Positions 26,496 to 35,324 of a stretch of 64,000 bases of DNA are shown here, piece by piece. A program made the position numbers and the translations under genes. How positions within the stretch are numbered: position 1 is the stretch's first letter; each line of letters opens with the position of its first letter. The stretch covers positions 39,613 through 103,612 of the forward strand of contig CACYLW010000006.1 of the NCBI GenBank assembly GCA_902775345.1. Reading direction: 5' to 3'. This DNA is from an uncultured Eubacteriales bacterium. GTDB lineage: Bacteria > Bacillota > Clostridia > Peptostreptococcales > Anaerovoracaceae. A model generated the notes under the pieces. It did no database searches. It worked only from the letters and a program-made list of their open reading frames with translations, and was not told where the DNA came from.

Positions 26496-27901
26496 TTAAC
26501 TTTGACTTTTTTGACCAGTGAAAATGGTCCGTAATAAGTTTTGCCATTGACTACTTTATAGGCCCTCACCTTGTAGTAATACACCTTGTTTATACTGAGT
26601 CCCTTGTGGGTAACGGATTTGACCGCCGCACTTTTGGTAACGGCCCTGACATATTTTCTTGTTCCAGGATATCTTACATATACAGAGTAGCCGCTCGCAT
26701 AACTGACCTTGCTCCAGGTAAGCTTGACCTTCCGGCCGCCGAGAGCGACCGCTTTGAGCGTAGGTCTTTTGAGCGCTTTCGCCCTGGCTATCTCAGTTTT
26801 CAGTCTGGCCTCTTCCGCAGCCTTTCTTGCAGCTTCTTCCTCTTCGGCGTAGTCCCTGGCTGTTATGTTCACATAGACTTCCGCCGGCTTATAGTCTTTC
26901 GACGACTCGGCCTGAACTTTGACGCGTACTGTGCCTTTTCCCGAAGGTTTTACAAAGCCGTTCTGATCCACAGTCGCCGCGACGGTCCCGCCGCTCGCAA
27001 TAGAATACTTAAGAGCATTCTCAGCGTGAAGATCAAGTGCCAGACCGTCATGCCAGTCGATCTCGAAAGGTCCCAGATTTCCGGTTATCTCCTGCGGACT
27101 GCGTAAATCCTCGCCGGTGACCGTGATCGTCAGGACGAAATATCCCGCCTTATACCGGCCTCCTCCATCGTCAACATTTACAGTGATCTGGGCCGTTCCC
27201 GGCGACAGCGGTGTTACCCAGCCGTCCTGATCTACGACCACCCTGTCCGGGTTGTCTGATGTAAAGCTTGCAGTAGCACCGGGCATGAGCGTTACCACCA
27301 GTTTCTGCGGCCTGTCAGTCGTATCGAGGTCAAGTCCCATGGACGCCGGTCTTCCCTCGTAATGGACCGGAGCAGTCCCGACCCATCCGTCACAGCTGTC
27401 TACCGTCACGCCGAGGTACACAATGCATTCATCATATGTCTCATCAGCTGCAACTGTTGCTTTGATCCTGGTCCTGCCATCCTTTTTCAGCGTGACATTG
27501 CCCGAGCTGTCTATATCGAGCACATCTGTATTCATAGACTCTAAGGTGACAAGGCCGTCGATCACACTGTCACTTTCAAGGCTCACAGCATGATCCGCAT
27601 CATACCTGTACATGTTCACCGAATAGCAAGCCGGATACAGCGAAGAAGAACTGTCATAATAATCACTTTTTTCTTCGCGCGAAAGTCCCGTAGAATCCGT
27701 GTAGCTGTATTTGAAGCACACCCTTCTTTCTGAAGTGCCGTCGCCGTCCTCTGCGAACGACTCGAACGGCAACACAAAGCCCAGCATGGTCAGTATCAGA
27801 GTCAAGGCGACGACCGCTTTCATCTGCCGCCCTTTTGATACTGCTGACCTCATGCCCTGCCTGCGGCCGCTTCCCCTATCACTATAGGTAAATAAACTCA
27901 T
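26492..27901 (-). CDS. Secreted protein with Big_2-like domains and a C-terminal FN3-like module
   Basis: Signal MKAVVALTLILTMLGFVLPFESFA, so the real start is probably ATG 27853 or 27823. The C-terminus is KVKLTWSKVSYASGYSVYVR...VYYYKVRAYKVVNGKTYYGPFS. There is a 4-nt overlap with the kinase start. Confidence 0.8.
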   Translation of the reverse strand: MSLFTYSDRGSGRRQGMRSAVSKGRQMKAVVALTLILTMLGFVLPFESFAEDGDGTSERRVCFKYSYTDSTGLSREEKSDYYDSSSSLYPACYSVNMYRYDADHAVSLESDSVIDGLVTLESMNTDVLDIDSSGNVTLKKDGRTRIKATVAADETYDECIVYLGVTVDSCDGWVGTAPVHYEGRPASMGLDLDTTDRPQKLVVTLMPGATASFTSDNPDRVVVDQDGWVTPLSPGTAQITVNVDDGGGRYKAGYFVLTITVTGEDLRSPQEITGNLGPFEIDWHDGLALDLHAENALKYSIASGGTVAATVDQNGFVKPSGKGTVRVKVQAESSKDYKPAEVYVNITARDYAEEEEAARKAAEEARLKTEIARAKALKRPTLKAVALGGRKVKLTWSKVSYASGYSVYVRYPGTRKYVRAVTKSAAVKSVTHKGLSINKVYYYKVRAYKVVNGKTYYGPFSLVKKVKVK

Positions 27902-28949
27902 ATCCTTTCTGTCTGTACGCTTCGTCGAGATCGCTCCTCAGCTGAAGCATCTCTCTCACAGCGCTGAACTCCTCTGCGGGACTGAGCATGACGCTCGCAT
28001 CTCCCCTGAAATGCAGGTTCTTGTACGCCCGCTGCAGAGGATGCATGTTTTCCCACTCCGCGAGTGCCGCAAGAAGTCTTCCCTCGTCCTTGTCGCTGAC
28101 GTCGACCGGTGCATAGCCCATCATCTCCAGGAACCGGTCTATATCGTCAGCTGTCATCCCAAGCGCCATGCACATCGAGATGAATTTGCGGCGGCTCTTC
28201 GGGATCCGCTTGATGTTGATGCTCCTCTTGCCTGTCTTGCGGTCGATCACGTTGACCGTGCTGCAGTCGCCGCTCAGGAAGTTGATCATGCTGTCATCAA
28301 GCCATCCGCGCATCGAATTCAGACTGCTTATAGTCTGTTCCGGATCCTCGCGGCATGTGCTGATAATCTGCCGGAGCCATCTGTCGAGGAACTTGCGCGG
28401 CTTCGCGTATGCGCTGCTGAATGCGTCCATGTGCTCTGCCACGAACGCTTTGATGCCATCATATTCCGAACCATAGTCTGCCTGGCCGAGGCTTATCTCG
28501 ACATCCGCGGTATTTTCGAGGCCGAGACTGATCTCGTCCCACCTCTCGCGGAACACCGCATACGCAACCGACTGGTATTCCTCGTAGCGAAGAAAATAGT
28601 TGGCGCTGCCGGTCTCATCTTTCAGATTCGCATTGATAAGATAAAGCCAGACCAGATCCTCGCTGATATCTTTAACGTAAAGCTTTCTTTTGCCTGAATA
28701 CCTCGTGATCCACTGGTTGATCACGTCTGCCGGCTGCCTGAACGCCATGCCTATGCCTATAAAAGTTGAACGCTTCCTCGGCATCTTGTTGTAAAAGCCC
28801 GGCGTATCATCTCCGCCGGCTGCATCTATATATGTGCATACATCAGCCAGACTTGTACCGGTTTCTGCAGCAAGCTGATCAAGAGTGTTTCTCCAGCTTC
28901 TGAGAAGGTATGATTCTTTAGTGCTTTTAGCTCCCATTTTAAAAAACAT
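27882..28949 (-). CDS. Hypothetical cytoplasmic protein, first gene of the kinase operon, possibly with an N-terminal HTH
   Basis: 355-aa ORF with no signal peptide. LDQLAAETGTSLADVCTYI is HTH-like. Its end overlaps the next ORF as tracked. Confidence 0.7.
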   Translation of the reverse strand: MFFKMGAKSTKESYLLRSWRNTLDQLAAETGTSLADVCTYIDAAGGDDTPGFYNKMPRKRSTFIGIGMAFRQPADVINQWITRYSGKRKLYVKDISEDLVWLYLINANLKDETGSANYFLRYEEYQSVAYAVFRERWDEISLGLENTADVEISLGQADYGSEYDGIKAFVAEHMDAFSSAYAKPRKFLDRWLRQIISTCREDPEQTISSLNSMRGWLDDSMINFLSGDCSTVNVIDRKTGKRSINIKRIPKSRRKFISMCMALGMTADDIDRFLEMMGYAPVDVSDKDEGRLLAALAEWENMHPLQRAYKNLHFRGDASVMLSPAEEFSAVREMLQLRSDLDEAYRQKGYEFIYL

Positions 28950-29111
28950 CAGCCCCTTAGTTTACATTAATAATAATATCAAAAAAAGCATCAAAAAAAG
29001 CGGTTGACAGAAAGTTATCTTGCTCAAAGTATACCATTGATACAGCGTCTCACCTTTCAACAAAAACGTGCCTAAAAACATGTTTCTAAAAAGTGCAAGG
29101 AAAAGGCACCC

Positions 29112-29154
29112 ATCTCTCTTCGCAGCCTTGTTCAATCTCTCTTCGCAGCCTTGT
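29112..29154. repeat. 20-bp direct repeat x2 (period 23) upstream of the kinase operon
   Basis: ATCTCTCTTCGCAGCCTTGT occurs at 29112-29131 and 29135-29154. Confidence 0.8.
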
Positions 29155-29800
29155 GTAGTTCCGCTATGACCCGATTTGCGTCTTTAGCGTTATCTTTGCA
29201 GTCCATAAACTTCATTTTCGACATGCAGGTGACTACACATGTCCCAAAGTCTCACCAATCCAGTTCTGGAAACCAGCAAAAGTGAATACATATGCACTGC
29301 TATGACTATTCTTTTATTGAATTGTTCTGAAAAAATGTAAAAAAGCTCTGAAATGTCCATTTACGGAATTACAAGCGGACAAATGTGTCTTTTACCAGTC
29401 GATTTCCGGAATCCCTTGAACATGAGTGTAGTCTCTTGTTCATAGAGAATGAGGGTTATGGGTTAAAATGATCATGCTTGATAGAGGATCTCGGCTTATG
29501 AAGGACTACAATTCACATATTCCCTTTATACATTGGGTTAGTAAATACATTATTAGGCAGATTTATTAGATGGACTTATTAGATGGATCTGCCAGGTGGA
29601 TCTGTTTGCGGCAAGGCCGGTCTGCCCCGCGTTGCCGCGCTGGCGGCAGGGCCATTGCAAAGCCCAGCCGCCAGCTGTAGAGCGAGCAAAAGCGGCCAGG
29701 CAGACCCCGCGAGCCAGAGGAGGCGAGAGGATGGCCGGCAAAAGCACTTATCACTGGAAATCAGAAAAAAGCAGTAAAATCGGCCCGTTTCAATTCAAAC

Positions 29801-29843
29801 AAAAGCGGCCTGCGGGGAATCGAACCCACAGGCCGCATTTTTT
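29801..29843. terminator. Bidirectional terminator hairpin resembling a tRNA T-arm
   Basis: AAAA-GCGGCCTGCGGGG-AATCGAA-CCCACAGGCCGC-ATTTTTT, downstream of the 29969-31645 gene. Confidence 0.6.
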
Positions 29844-29968
29844 CTTCTATTCTTATTTCTTATTCCAGCGTCTCTTTTCAGGCGCTCCACCCAAGGTTTG
29901 CTTTAAAGACGCCTCGTTCAAAATTAGATCTTTCAGCACCCGCCATTCAAGGCGTTTCTCTGTAAGCA

Positions 29969-31645
29969 TCAGTAAAAGTTTCTTTCTCTTTGTGTGACGC
30001 TGACGTCTCTGAATTTTTTGAATACCGCGTTGCCTCTGTCTCCCATGGTATCCGGATGCCACTGGACTCCATACACAGGAAGCGTCTTATGCTCTACCGC
30101 CTCTACGCGTCCGTCCGACGCGTCCCATTGTGTTGCGACAAGGCCGCTTCCGACCCGCTCCACACACTGGTGATGGAAGTGATAGACCGACGCCTTTGCG
30201 CCATACGCGCCGTACAGCCAGCTCGCCGAGCTGATTTTTACCGTACGGTTCCACTTGTGCCATCCCGGTATGTGCTGGCAGATAGTTCCGCCATACGCCA
30301 CATTGATCACCTGGCAGCCGCGGCACAGTCCCAGAACAGGCTTCTTCGCAGCGGCGAACTTCTTGATCATGGCGATCTGCGCCTTGTCCTTTTCTATGTT
30401 GGTGCCGTATGTTTCAGGCGCCCTCTGCGCGCCGTACATCCTCGGATCGATATTGTGTCCGCCCGGTATGACAAGCGCATCGTATGAGGACACATCGACG
30501 TTCGACCACAGCATCTCAGCCCTGCAGCCGTTGTTCTGCAGCATCGTCACGACCCGCTGGTTATCCTGGTCATTATCGTATACCAGCACCTTCGGCCTGT
30601 ATGCCTTGGTCGTTACGGTCTTTACCTTCGACCAGTTGCTGTAATACCTTTTGCCACCCCTTACGGCGTACGTTCTGATCCGCAGATAATACGTGCTGCC
30701 CGACTTCATCTTCGAGAATCTGCGGGATATCCTTTTGTAGCTTTTGACGCTTACGATCTTGCCGGACCTGATGGCTGACGTATTACTGTATTGGATCTGA
30801 TAGCCCGTGATCCTGGAGCTCGACATCTTCGCCGCCTGCTTGTTCCAGTACACAGTGAAAGTCTCGCTTGCCGCCTTGAATCCGGTTATATAAGTGCCTT
30901 TCGGTATGATCTTGAAGCTTGCTGCCGCCTCGCCGGAGTAGTTGCCCTTCAGCGTCACGGTCACGTTATATCTGCCGACATTCCTGCAGCCATTGTCCCA
31001 CGCGAGATCGTACTGCGAGGCCTTGAACGTGGTTTTTCCGACCTTTACTGTAACCTCCGGCTTCTGCACTTTGTTGTTCCATGAGAAGGATTTCGCTGAG
31101 AGCGTGATCACCGGCGTGACCGCTTTCGGCTCTATGGTGAACTCCTTCGTGAGTGTTCCGCAAAATCCGCCGATGCCAGTGATCGTCACAGTGCCGGTTC
31201 CAGCCCTGACATTTGCACCATACGAAACAGTGTAGTCAGTCCCTTCCACGAGCTCGTCGCCCGACACGCCCGAAACTACAGGGACAGGAGTGTGCTGCTT
31301 TCTATTATATACGACTGCCGGAATGTCCTCGATCACCGCTGCCTCGGCGATATCGATCAGCTGCGGATCGCCGCCCTGGCCAGGTTCGGTGCCGCCGCCC
31401 TGTGAAGGTTCGGTGCCGGATTCCATGTCGGCGCCTGATCCCGATCCGGTATCAGGCTCAGCCGAAGGAGTCCCGCTTCCATCATTCCCGGCGTTTCCGC
31501 CATCTGCATTCTCAGTAACAGTAACTGAAGGGAGGCCGTCTCCTCCCGGCTGTTCTTCGTCGCCGGCAAAAGCGACCGAAGTCATCAATGCCGTGATAAT
31601 TACCGCTGTCAACAGCAGCATCCAGAGGTTTTTACGTTTTTTCAA
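29969..31645 (-). CDS. Secreted multidomain protein: Ig-like repeats, an FN3-like module and a C-terminal C26 (class-I amidotransferase-fold) hydrolase domain
   Basis: Signal MKKRKNLWMLLLTAVIITALMTSVAFA and a Gly/Pro/Glu linker. FN3-like ITGYQIQYS...TYYLRIRTYAVRGGKRYYSNWS. C26 motifs GLCRGCQVINVAYGG, FHHQCV and GVQWHPD. Confidence 0.85.
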   Translation of the reverse strand: MKKRKNLWMLLLTAVIITALMTSVAFAGDEEQPGGDGLPSVTVTENADGGNAGNDGSGTPSAEPDTGSGSGADMESGTEPSQGGGTEPGQGGDPQLIDIAEAAVIEDIPAVVYNRKQHTPVPVVSGVSGDELVEGTDYTVSYGANVRAGTGTVTITGIGGFCGTLTKEFTIEPKAVTPVITLSAKSFSWNNKVQKPEVTVKVGKTTFKASQYDLAWDNGCRNVGRYNVTVTLKGNYSGEAAASFKIIPKGTYITGFKAASETFTVYWNKQAAKMSSSRITGYQIQYSNTSAIRSGKIVSVKSYKRISRRFSKMKSGSTYYLRIRTYAVRGGKRYYSNWSKVKTVTTKAYRPKVLVYDNDQDNQRVVTMLQNNGCRAEMLWSNVDVSSYDALVIPGGHNIDPRMYGAQRAPETYGTNIEKDKAQIAMIKKFAAAKKPVLGLCRGCQVINVAYGGTICQHIPGWHKWNRTVKISSASWLYGAYGAKASVYHFHHQCVERVGSGLVATQWDASDGRVEAVEHKTLPVYGVQWHPDTMGDRGNAVFKKFRDVSVTQRERNFY

Positions 31646-31673
31646 TTTGGGTTACCTTCTTCCAAGTGTATTT

Positions 31674-32603
31674 TTACCACTCTATTCCCAGATAGTAGCA
31701 TACACCTCTCGCCAGACCCCTTCCGTAAACAACGTATTTTGTACGGAGGAGCGTGTTGTCTGCCTTTATGCCCCCTGTTTCGAAAAGGCAGGCCACGCAG
31801 TTCTTCGTCTCGTTGAGGGTGGCGAGATCAGTGCGGTACTGAAGCCCCCTGTTTTTAATATTAACGTGTTTGTGTACGCCCTTGTTGAGGCATTCTGCCA
31901 GTTTCTTTTGTTTGGCGGTTCTGTACAGCCCAAGAGTCCCGCTCGGCGCGTACTGATAATCACAGTGCACATTCAGAAAAACGCTCACATCAAGAGTCTT
32001 CAGCTGATTGAGAGTCCACTTGAGATTCCTGTTGTTCCCGGTGTACGCGTCGGTATAAACATAGACCCCTTTATTCTTCAGATATGCGGCCGTGTACCTG
32101 CAGATAGCCGGCATTATCTTGGCCTCCTGATAGCCGTTCCACAGGCATCCCGGATCCCACCTGCCGTCGATACCCGTCCCGTGACCGGTCTCGATATACA
32201 CTCTGTAGATGATCCCCGGCACAGGTTTTGAATAGCACAGAAGCCGGTCCTTTGCAGCCGCCGCGCGGACTTTGTAATACGCCTTTTTGCCCGACTTTAC
32301 TTTTTTGTCGAGGAACGAACGGGCCGTGACGCCCTTCTTGATGCACTTAAAGCCCGTGGTCCTGCTGTAGCTCCGATACACGTCATAAGTCACAGCACCC
32401 GTGACCTTCTTCCACGAGACCGACAGCCCCTCGCCCTTGACCGAAACGCTTATAGGCTGGAAAGTCGGCCTTACTGCGGTTTCCGCTCCTGAAACTTTTA
32501 CAGGCATCATAAACAGCGTGAGCATGGTCAGTATTATCGCCATGCTCAAAGCAGTATTCAGAATCTTTTTTGCGGTTTTGCTGAATATCTGTTTCCTGTT
32601 CAT
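31674..32603 (-). CDS. Secreted N-acetylmuramoyl-L-alanine amidase (Amidase_3-like) with an N-terminal FN3-like module
   Basis: Signal peptide. LSVSWKKVTGAVTYDVYRS...AYYKVRA, then IETGHGTGIDG, YQEAK, LNVHCDY and ETGGIKADN, which resemble Amidase_3 zinc and catalytic blocks. Confidence 0.75.
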   Translation of the reverse strand: MNRKQIFSKTAKKILNTALSMAIILTMLTLFMMPVKVSGAETAVRPTFQPISVSVKGEGLSVSWKKVTGAVTYDVYRSYSRTTGFKCIKKGVTARSFLDKKVKSGKKAYYKVRAAAAKDRLLCYSKPVPGIIYRVYIETGHGTGIDGRWDPGCLWNGYQEAKIMPAICRYTAAYLKNKGVYVYTDAYTGNNRNLKWTLNQLKTLDVSVFLNVHCDYQYAPSGTLGLYRTAKQKKLAECLNKGVHKHVNIKNRGLQYRTDLATLNETKNCVACLFETGGIKADNTLLRTKYVVYGRGLARGVCYYLGIEW

Positions 32604-32638
32604 TTGTGCTCAAGTACGGCAGTCCTGCCGCGGACCTG

Positions 32639-33886
32639 TTACTTAGTTGTCACGTATTTAGCCTCGCTCCATGCGGAATAATATCTCTTGCCGTCCACGG
32701 TCATATATGTGCGGACGCGCACGTAATATTTTTTTCCTGCCTTCAGGCCGGTCACCTTCTTCGAGACCGTCTTATAACCTTTGTAAGTATTGATCACAGC
32801 ATCGGTTTTGAACGTGCTGCCGGTGCAGTACTGCAGCTGATAGCCTGTGATCCTTGACTTTTTCATCGGCTCATCCTGCATGGTCCAATTCGCCGTGAAG
32901 CCCTTGCTCACCGCCGTCAGGCTCTTCATCTCGGTCGGCTTAGGATTGATCCTGAAATTAAGGACTTCTGTTCCGTAATATTTTTTTCCGGTACCTTTTA
33001 CGGCAATAGTTGCTTCGCCGACATTTACACTGTTTTTATAGCTCAGTTTGTAATCTCTGTCCGGTTTCAGAGTACGATCCTCCCACTTTACGACCGGTGT
33101 CTGAGCCACCAGATCGCCTGTATAGGTCCTGTTCTTTATGCCGGTTATGTCTGCATCCGTGATCGGATATACATTGCCATCCGTAAACCAAAGATCTTCA
33201 TGAGCTACGTCATTCTCCGGATCATCCGGCAGATATCCGTGCAGATCGAATCCCGTCTGTGAGTAAACAAGTCTCTTTATGGTGATCGAACCATCGCTGT
33301 TGTGAGTTATCTTGACTCCATACTTATCGGAAGTGCTAAGCTTGCAGGTCGCTCCGGCTACCGGCTCGAATACCGTGTTGCCGGTTGCTTTAGTTGCTAC
33401 CATCAAAGCAGGATGAATGGTCATCGACTCTCCCTCCGGAAGGTCCGGATCAAAATCATCCACTACGACCTTGTAAAACGGATCGCGGGCAAAAAAGAAA
33501 TTGCTCCCTCTGCCTAAGACCGTGCTGCCGTCAATGATAGTACATACGACCTCTATGAACCCGCCTTCATTTCCTGCCGTAACATAGGCCTTGGTCATAT
33601 CGTTCAGGTCAGGCGAAACAGCGCATCCGACCATGTCATCAGTATCCGGACCGATGCTCCAGACGATCTCTGCTGTTGACGGAAGCTCCGGTATGAACCA
33701 GTTGTCGCTGATATCGACTTCTACAACATCTCCCGGAAAGATCGCGATGTCTTCATCATAATTGATAGTCGGCCAATACTTATAATTGTCACCCTCGCCG
33801 TTATCTGCGAATACCATCGCCGGCATCAGGGAGAGTGCTAATACGAGCGCGAGAAACACCGCCCGGAAACGTTTGTATTTCTTCAT
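32639..33886 (-). CDS. Secreted protein with a C-terminal FN3-like module
   Basis: Signal MKKYKRFRAVFLALVLALSLMPAMVFA. C-terminus FTANWTMQDEPMKKSRITGYQLQY...KKYYVRVRTYMTVDGKRYYSAWS. Confidence 0.8.
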   Translation of the reverse strand: MKKYKRFRAVFLALVLALSLMPAMVFADNGEGDNYKYWPTINYDEDIAIFPGDVVEVDISDNWFIPELPSTAEIVWSIGPDTDDMVGCAVSPDLNDMTKAYVTAGNEGGFIEVVCTIIDGSTVLGRGSNFFFARDPFYKVVVDDFDPDLPEGESMTIHPALMVATKATGNTVFEPVAGATCKLSTSDKYGVKITHNSDGSITIKRLVYSQTGFDLHGYLPDDPENDVAHEDLWFTDGNVYPITDADITGIKNRTYTGDLVAQTPVVKWEDRTLKPDRDYKLSYKNSVNVGEATIAVKGTGKKYYGTEVLNFRINPKPTEMKSLTAVSKGFTANWTMQDEPMKKSRITGYQLQYCTGSTFKTDAVINTYKGYKTVSKKVTGLKAGKKYYVRVRTYMTVDGKRYYSAWSEAKYVTTK

Positions 33887-34023
33887 ATTACACTCCTTTC
33901 ATTTACCAGAACCAGTGTCATATCATTTCTGAATCGTCCCCTTTTCCAGGGAATGTTTAGTTCATGATGATTCTATCAGAAACACTTTTTACTGGCGAGT
34001 AAACTTAAGGGGTTTTATGCTTT

Positions 34024-34476
34024 TCAGATCAGCTCATCCAGCAGGCCTTCGCAGCCTTCCGTCACATCGCGCCAGGTCGCGTCAAAGTTGCCTGTATACC
34101 ACGGATCCGCCACCTGCTGCCCAGCCCTGTCAGTGTAGTCGAGGAGCATGCTTATCTTATTGTCCGGATCACCGCCGGTTATGCGGCGTATATTGCGCAT
34201 GTTGTTGTTATCCATGCAGATGATCATATCGTAATAGTCGTAGTCGGCTCTCGTCATCTGCCATGCCCGGTGCCCGCCGCAGGCAATGCCGTTCTCCGCA
34301 AGCTTCCTTCTGGCCGGAGGATACACCGGATTGCCGATCTCCTCGCGGCTGGTTGCTGCGGAATCTATCTCGAAGCTGTCCTCAATGCCGCGCTTCCGTA
34401 CCATATCTTTCAGTACATACTCGGCCATCGGGCTCCTGCATATATTGCCGTGGCACACAAATAATATCTTAGTCAT
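34024..34476 (-). CDS. Low-molecular-weight protein-tyrosine phosphatase
   Basis: ILFVCHGNICRSPMAE is a CX5R(S) P-loop. Confidence 0.9.
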   Translation of the reverse strand: MTKILFVCHGNICRSPMAEYVLKDMVRKRGIEDSFEIDSAATSREEIGNPVYPPARRKLAENGIACGGHRAWQMTRADYDYYDMIICMDNNNMRNIRRITGGDPDNKISMLLDYTDRAGQQVADPWYTGNFDATWRDVTEGCEGLLDELI

Positions 34477-34997
34477 TTCTTCTTTTTTATAATCGATGCT
34501 ATCAGAATTCCTGCTGCGGCTCCGGCCGAGTCGATACAGACATCCCGGAACGCGCAGGTCCGTCCTTCAACAAAGAGCTGGTGGAATTCATCTGAAGCGG
34601 CATACAGGGTGCCGGCGATCCATGCGGAAAGCTGTGGGTGTCCGGCAATGAAGTCTCTGCTCAGTTTCCGCTCAGATCTGCTTAAAGCCGCCCCGGTTTT
34701 CAGATCAAAGAAGTTCACGGTCAGGCATGAGCCGAGCACCAGATATTCTGTAAAGTGAGCTGCCTTTCTGACAATGAATTGCGAAGTATCAAAACCGATG
34801 CCGGTTATCGATGAAAGCAGTTCAGCAAAATAGCCGCTCTCGCTGCCCGAGACCCTGCCCGGCATCGCGGAATGAACGAATATAAACGCCATTACCGCCA
34901 GAGTAGCCGCGATGTGCTTTTTACCTTTATTGATTGCGCCCTGTCCGTCTATCTGATCCATGGATTTTCCTTCTTCAAGTCCGCGTCCCATTACCAC
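34473..34997 (-). CDS. VanZ family membrane protein
   Basis: RKAAHFTEYLVLG...DEFHQLFVEGR. 4-nt overlap with the LMW-PTP start. Confidence 0.8.
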   Translation of the reverse strand: MVMGRGLEEGKSMDQIDGQGAINKGKKHIAATLAVMAFIFVHSAMPGRVSGSESGYFAELLSSITGIGFDTSQFIVRKAAHFTEYLVLGSCLTVNFFDLKTGAALSRSERKLSRDFIAGHPQLSAWIAGTLYAASDEFHQLFVEGRTCAFRDVCIDSAGAAAGILIASIIKKKK

Positions 34998-35266
34998 ACG
35001 TCATCTTATTTTACTATATCTGCTATCCCTATATAACAGCCATACTGCACTTTGCCCAAAGATATTATAGACGGGCTCTGGTGCGGCCTTGTACCTATCT
35101 AAAACAAAAGTGCCGGTTGCCCGGCTTTCTGTGAGTATTCCGGCGTAGTTTCCCGCACCTGTCCGGCGTGAGGAAATCGCCATTCCGGCAGAAAGGAAAT
35201 CATCATTCCAGCCGGGAAATCGACCTCATATAATTGGTGTTAGAGTCCGATTAAATTAACCACTCT

Positions 35267-35288
35267 CTAATTTAAGTGAGCGCTAACA
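35267..35288. repeat. 22-bp exact repeat, copy 1 (CTAATTTAAGTGAGCGCTAACA)
   Basis: Identical to 44426-44447 in the same orientation. About 30 bp of weaker similarity lies to its left (starting TGTTAG), and similarity ends abruptly at ...CTAACA. Confidence 0.85.
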
Positions 35289-35324
35289 TTGCAAAACCTG
35301 ATGATCATTTTTTCGTCGTTACGG

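Noticed and set aside
29805-29836. A tRNA fragment or tRNA gene, suggested by GGTTCGATTCC T-loop-like sequence on the minus strand.
   Set aside because: Only a single hairpin is present, flanked by A- and T-runs. No acceptor, D or anticodon arms can be drawn, so it reads best as a terminator. An att-site relic of a tRNA 3' end cannot be excluded.
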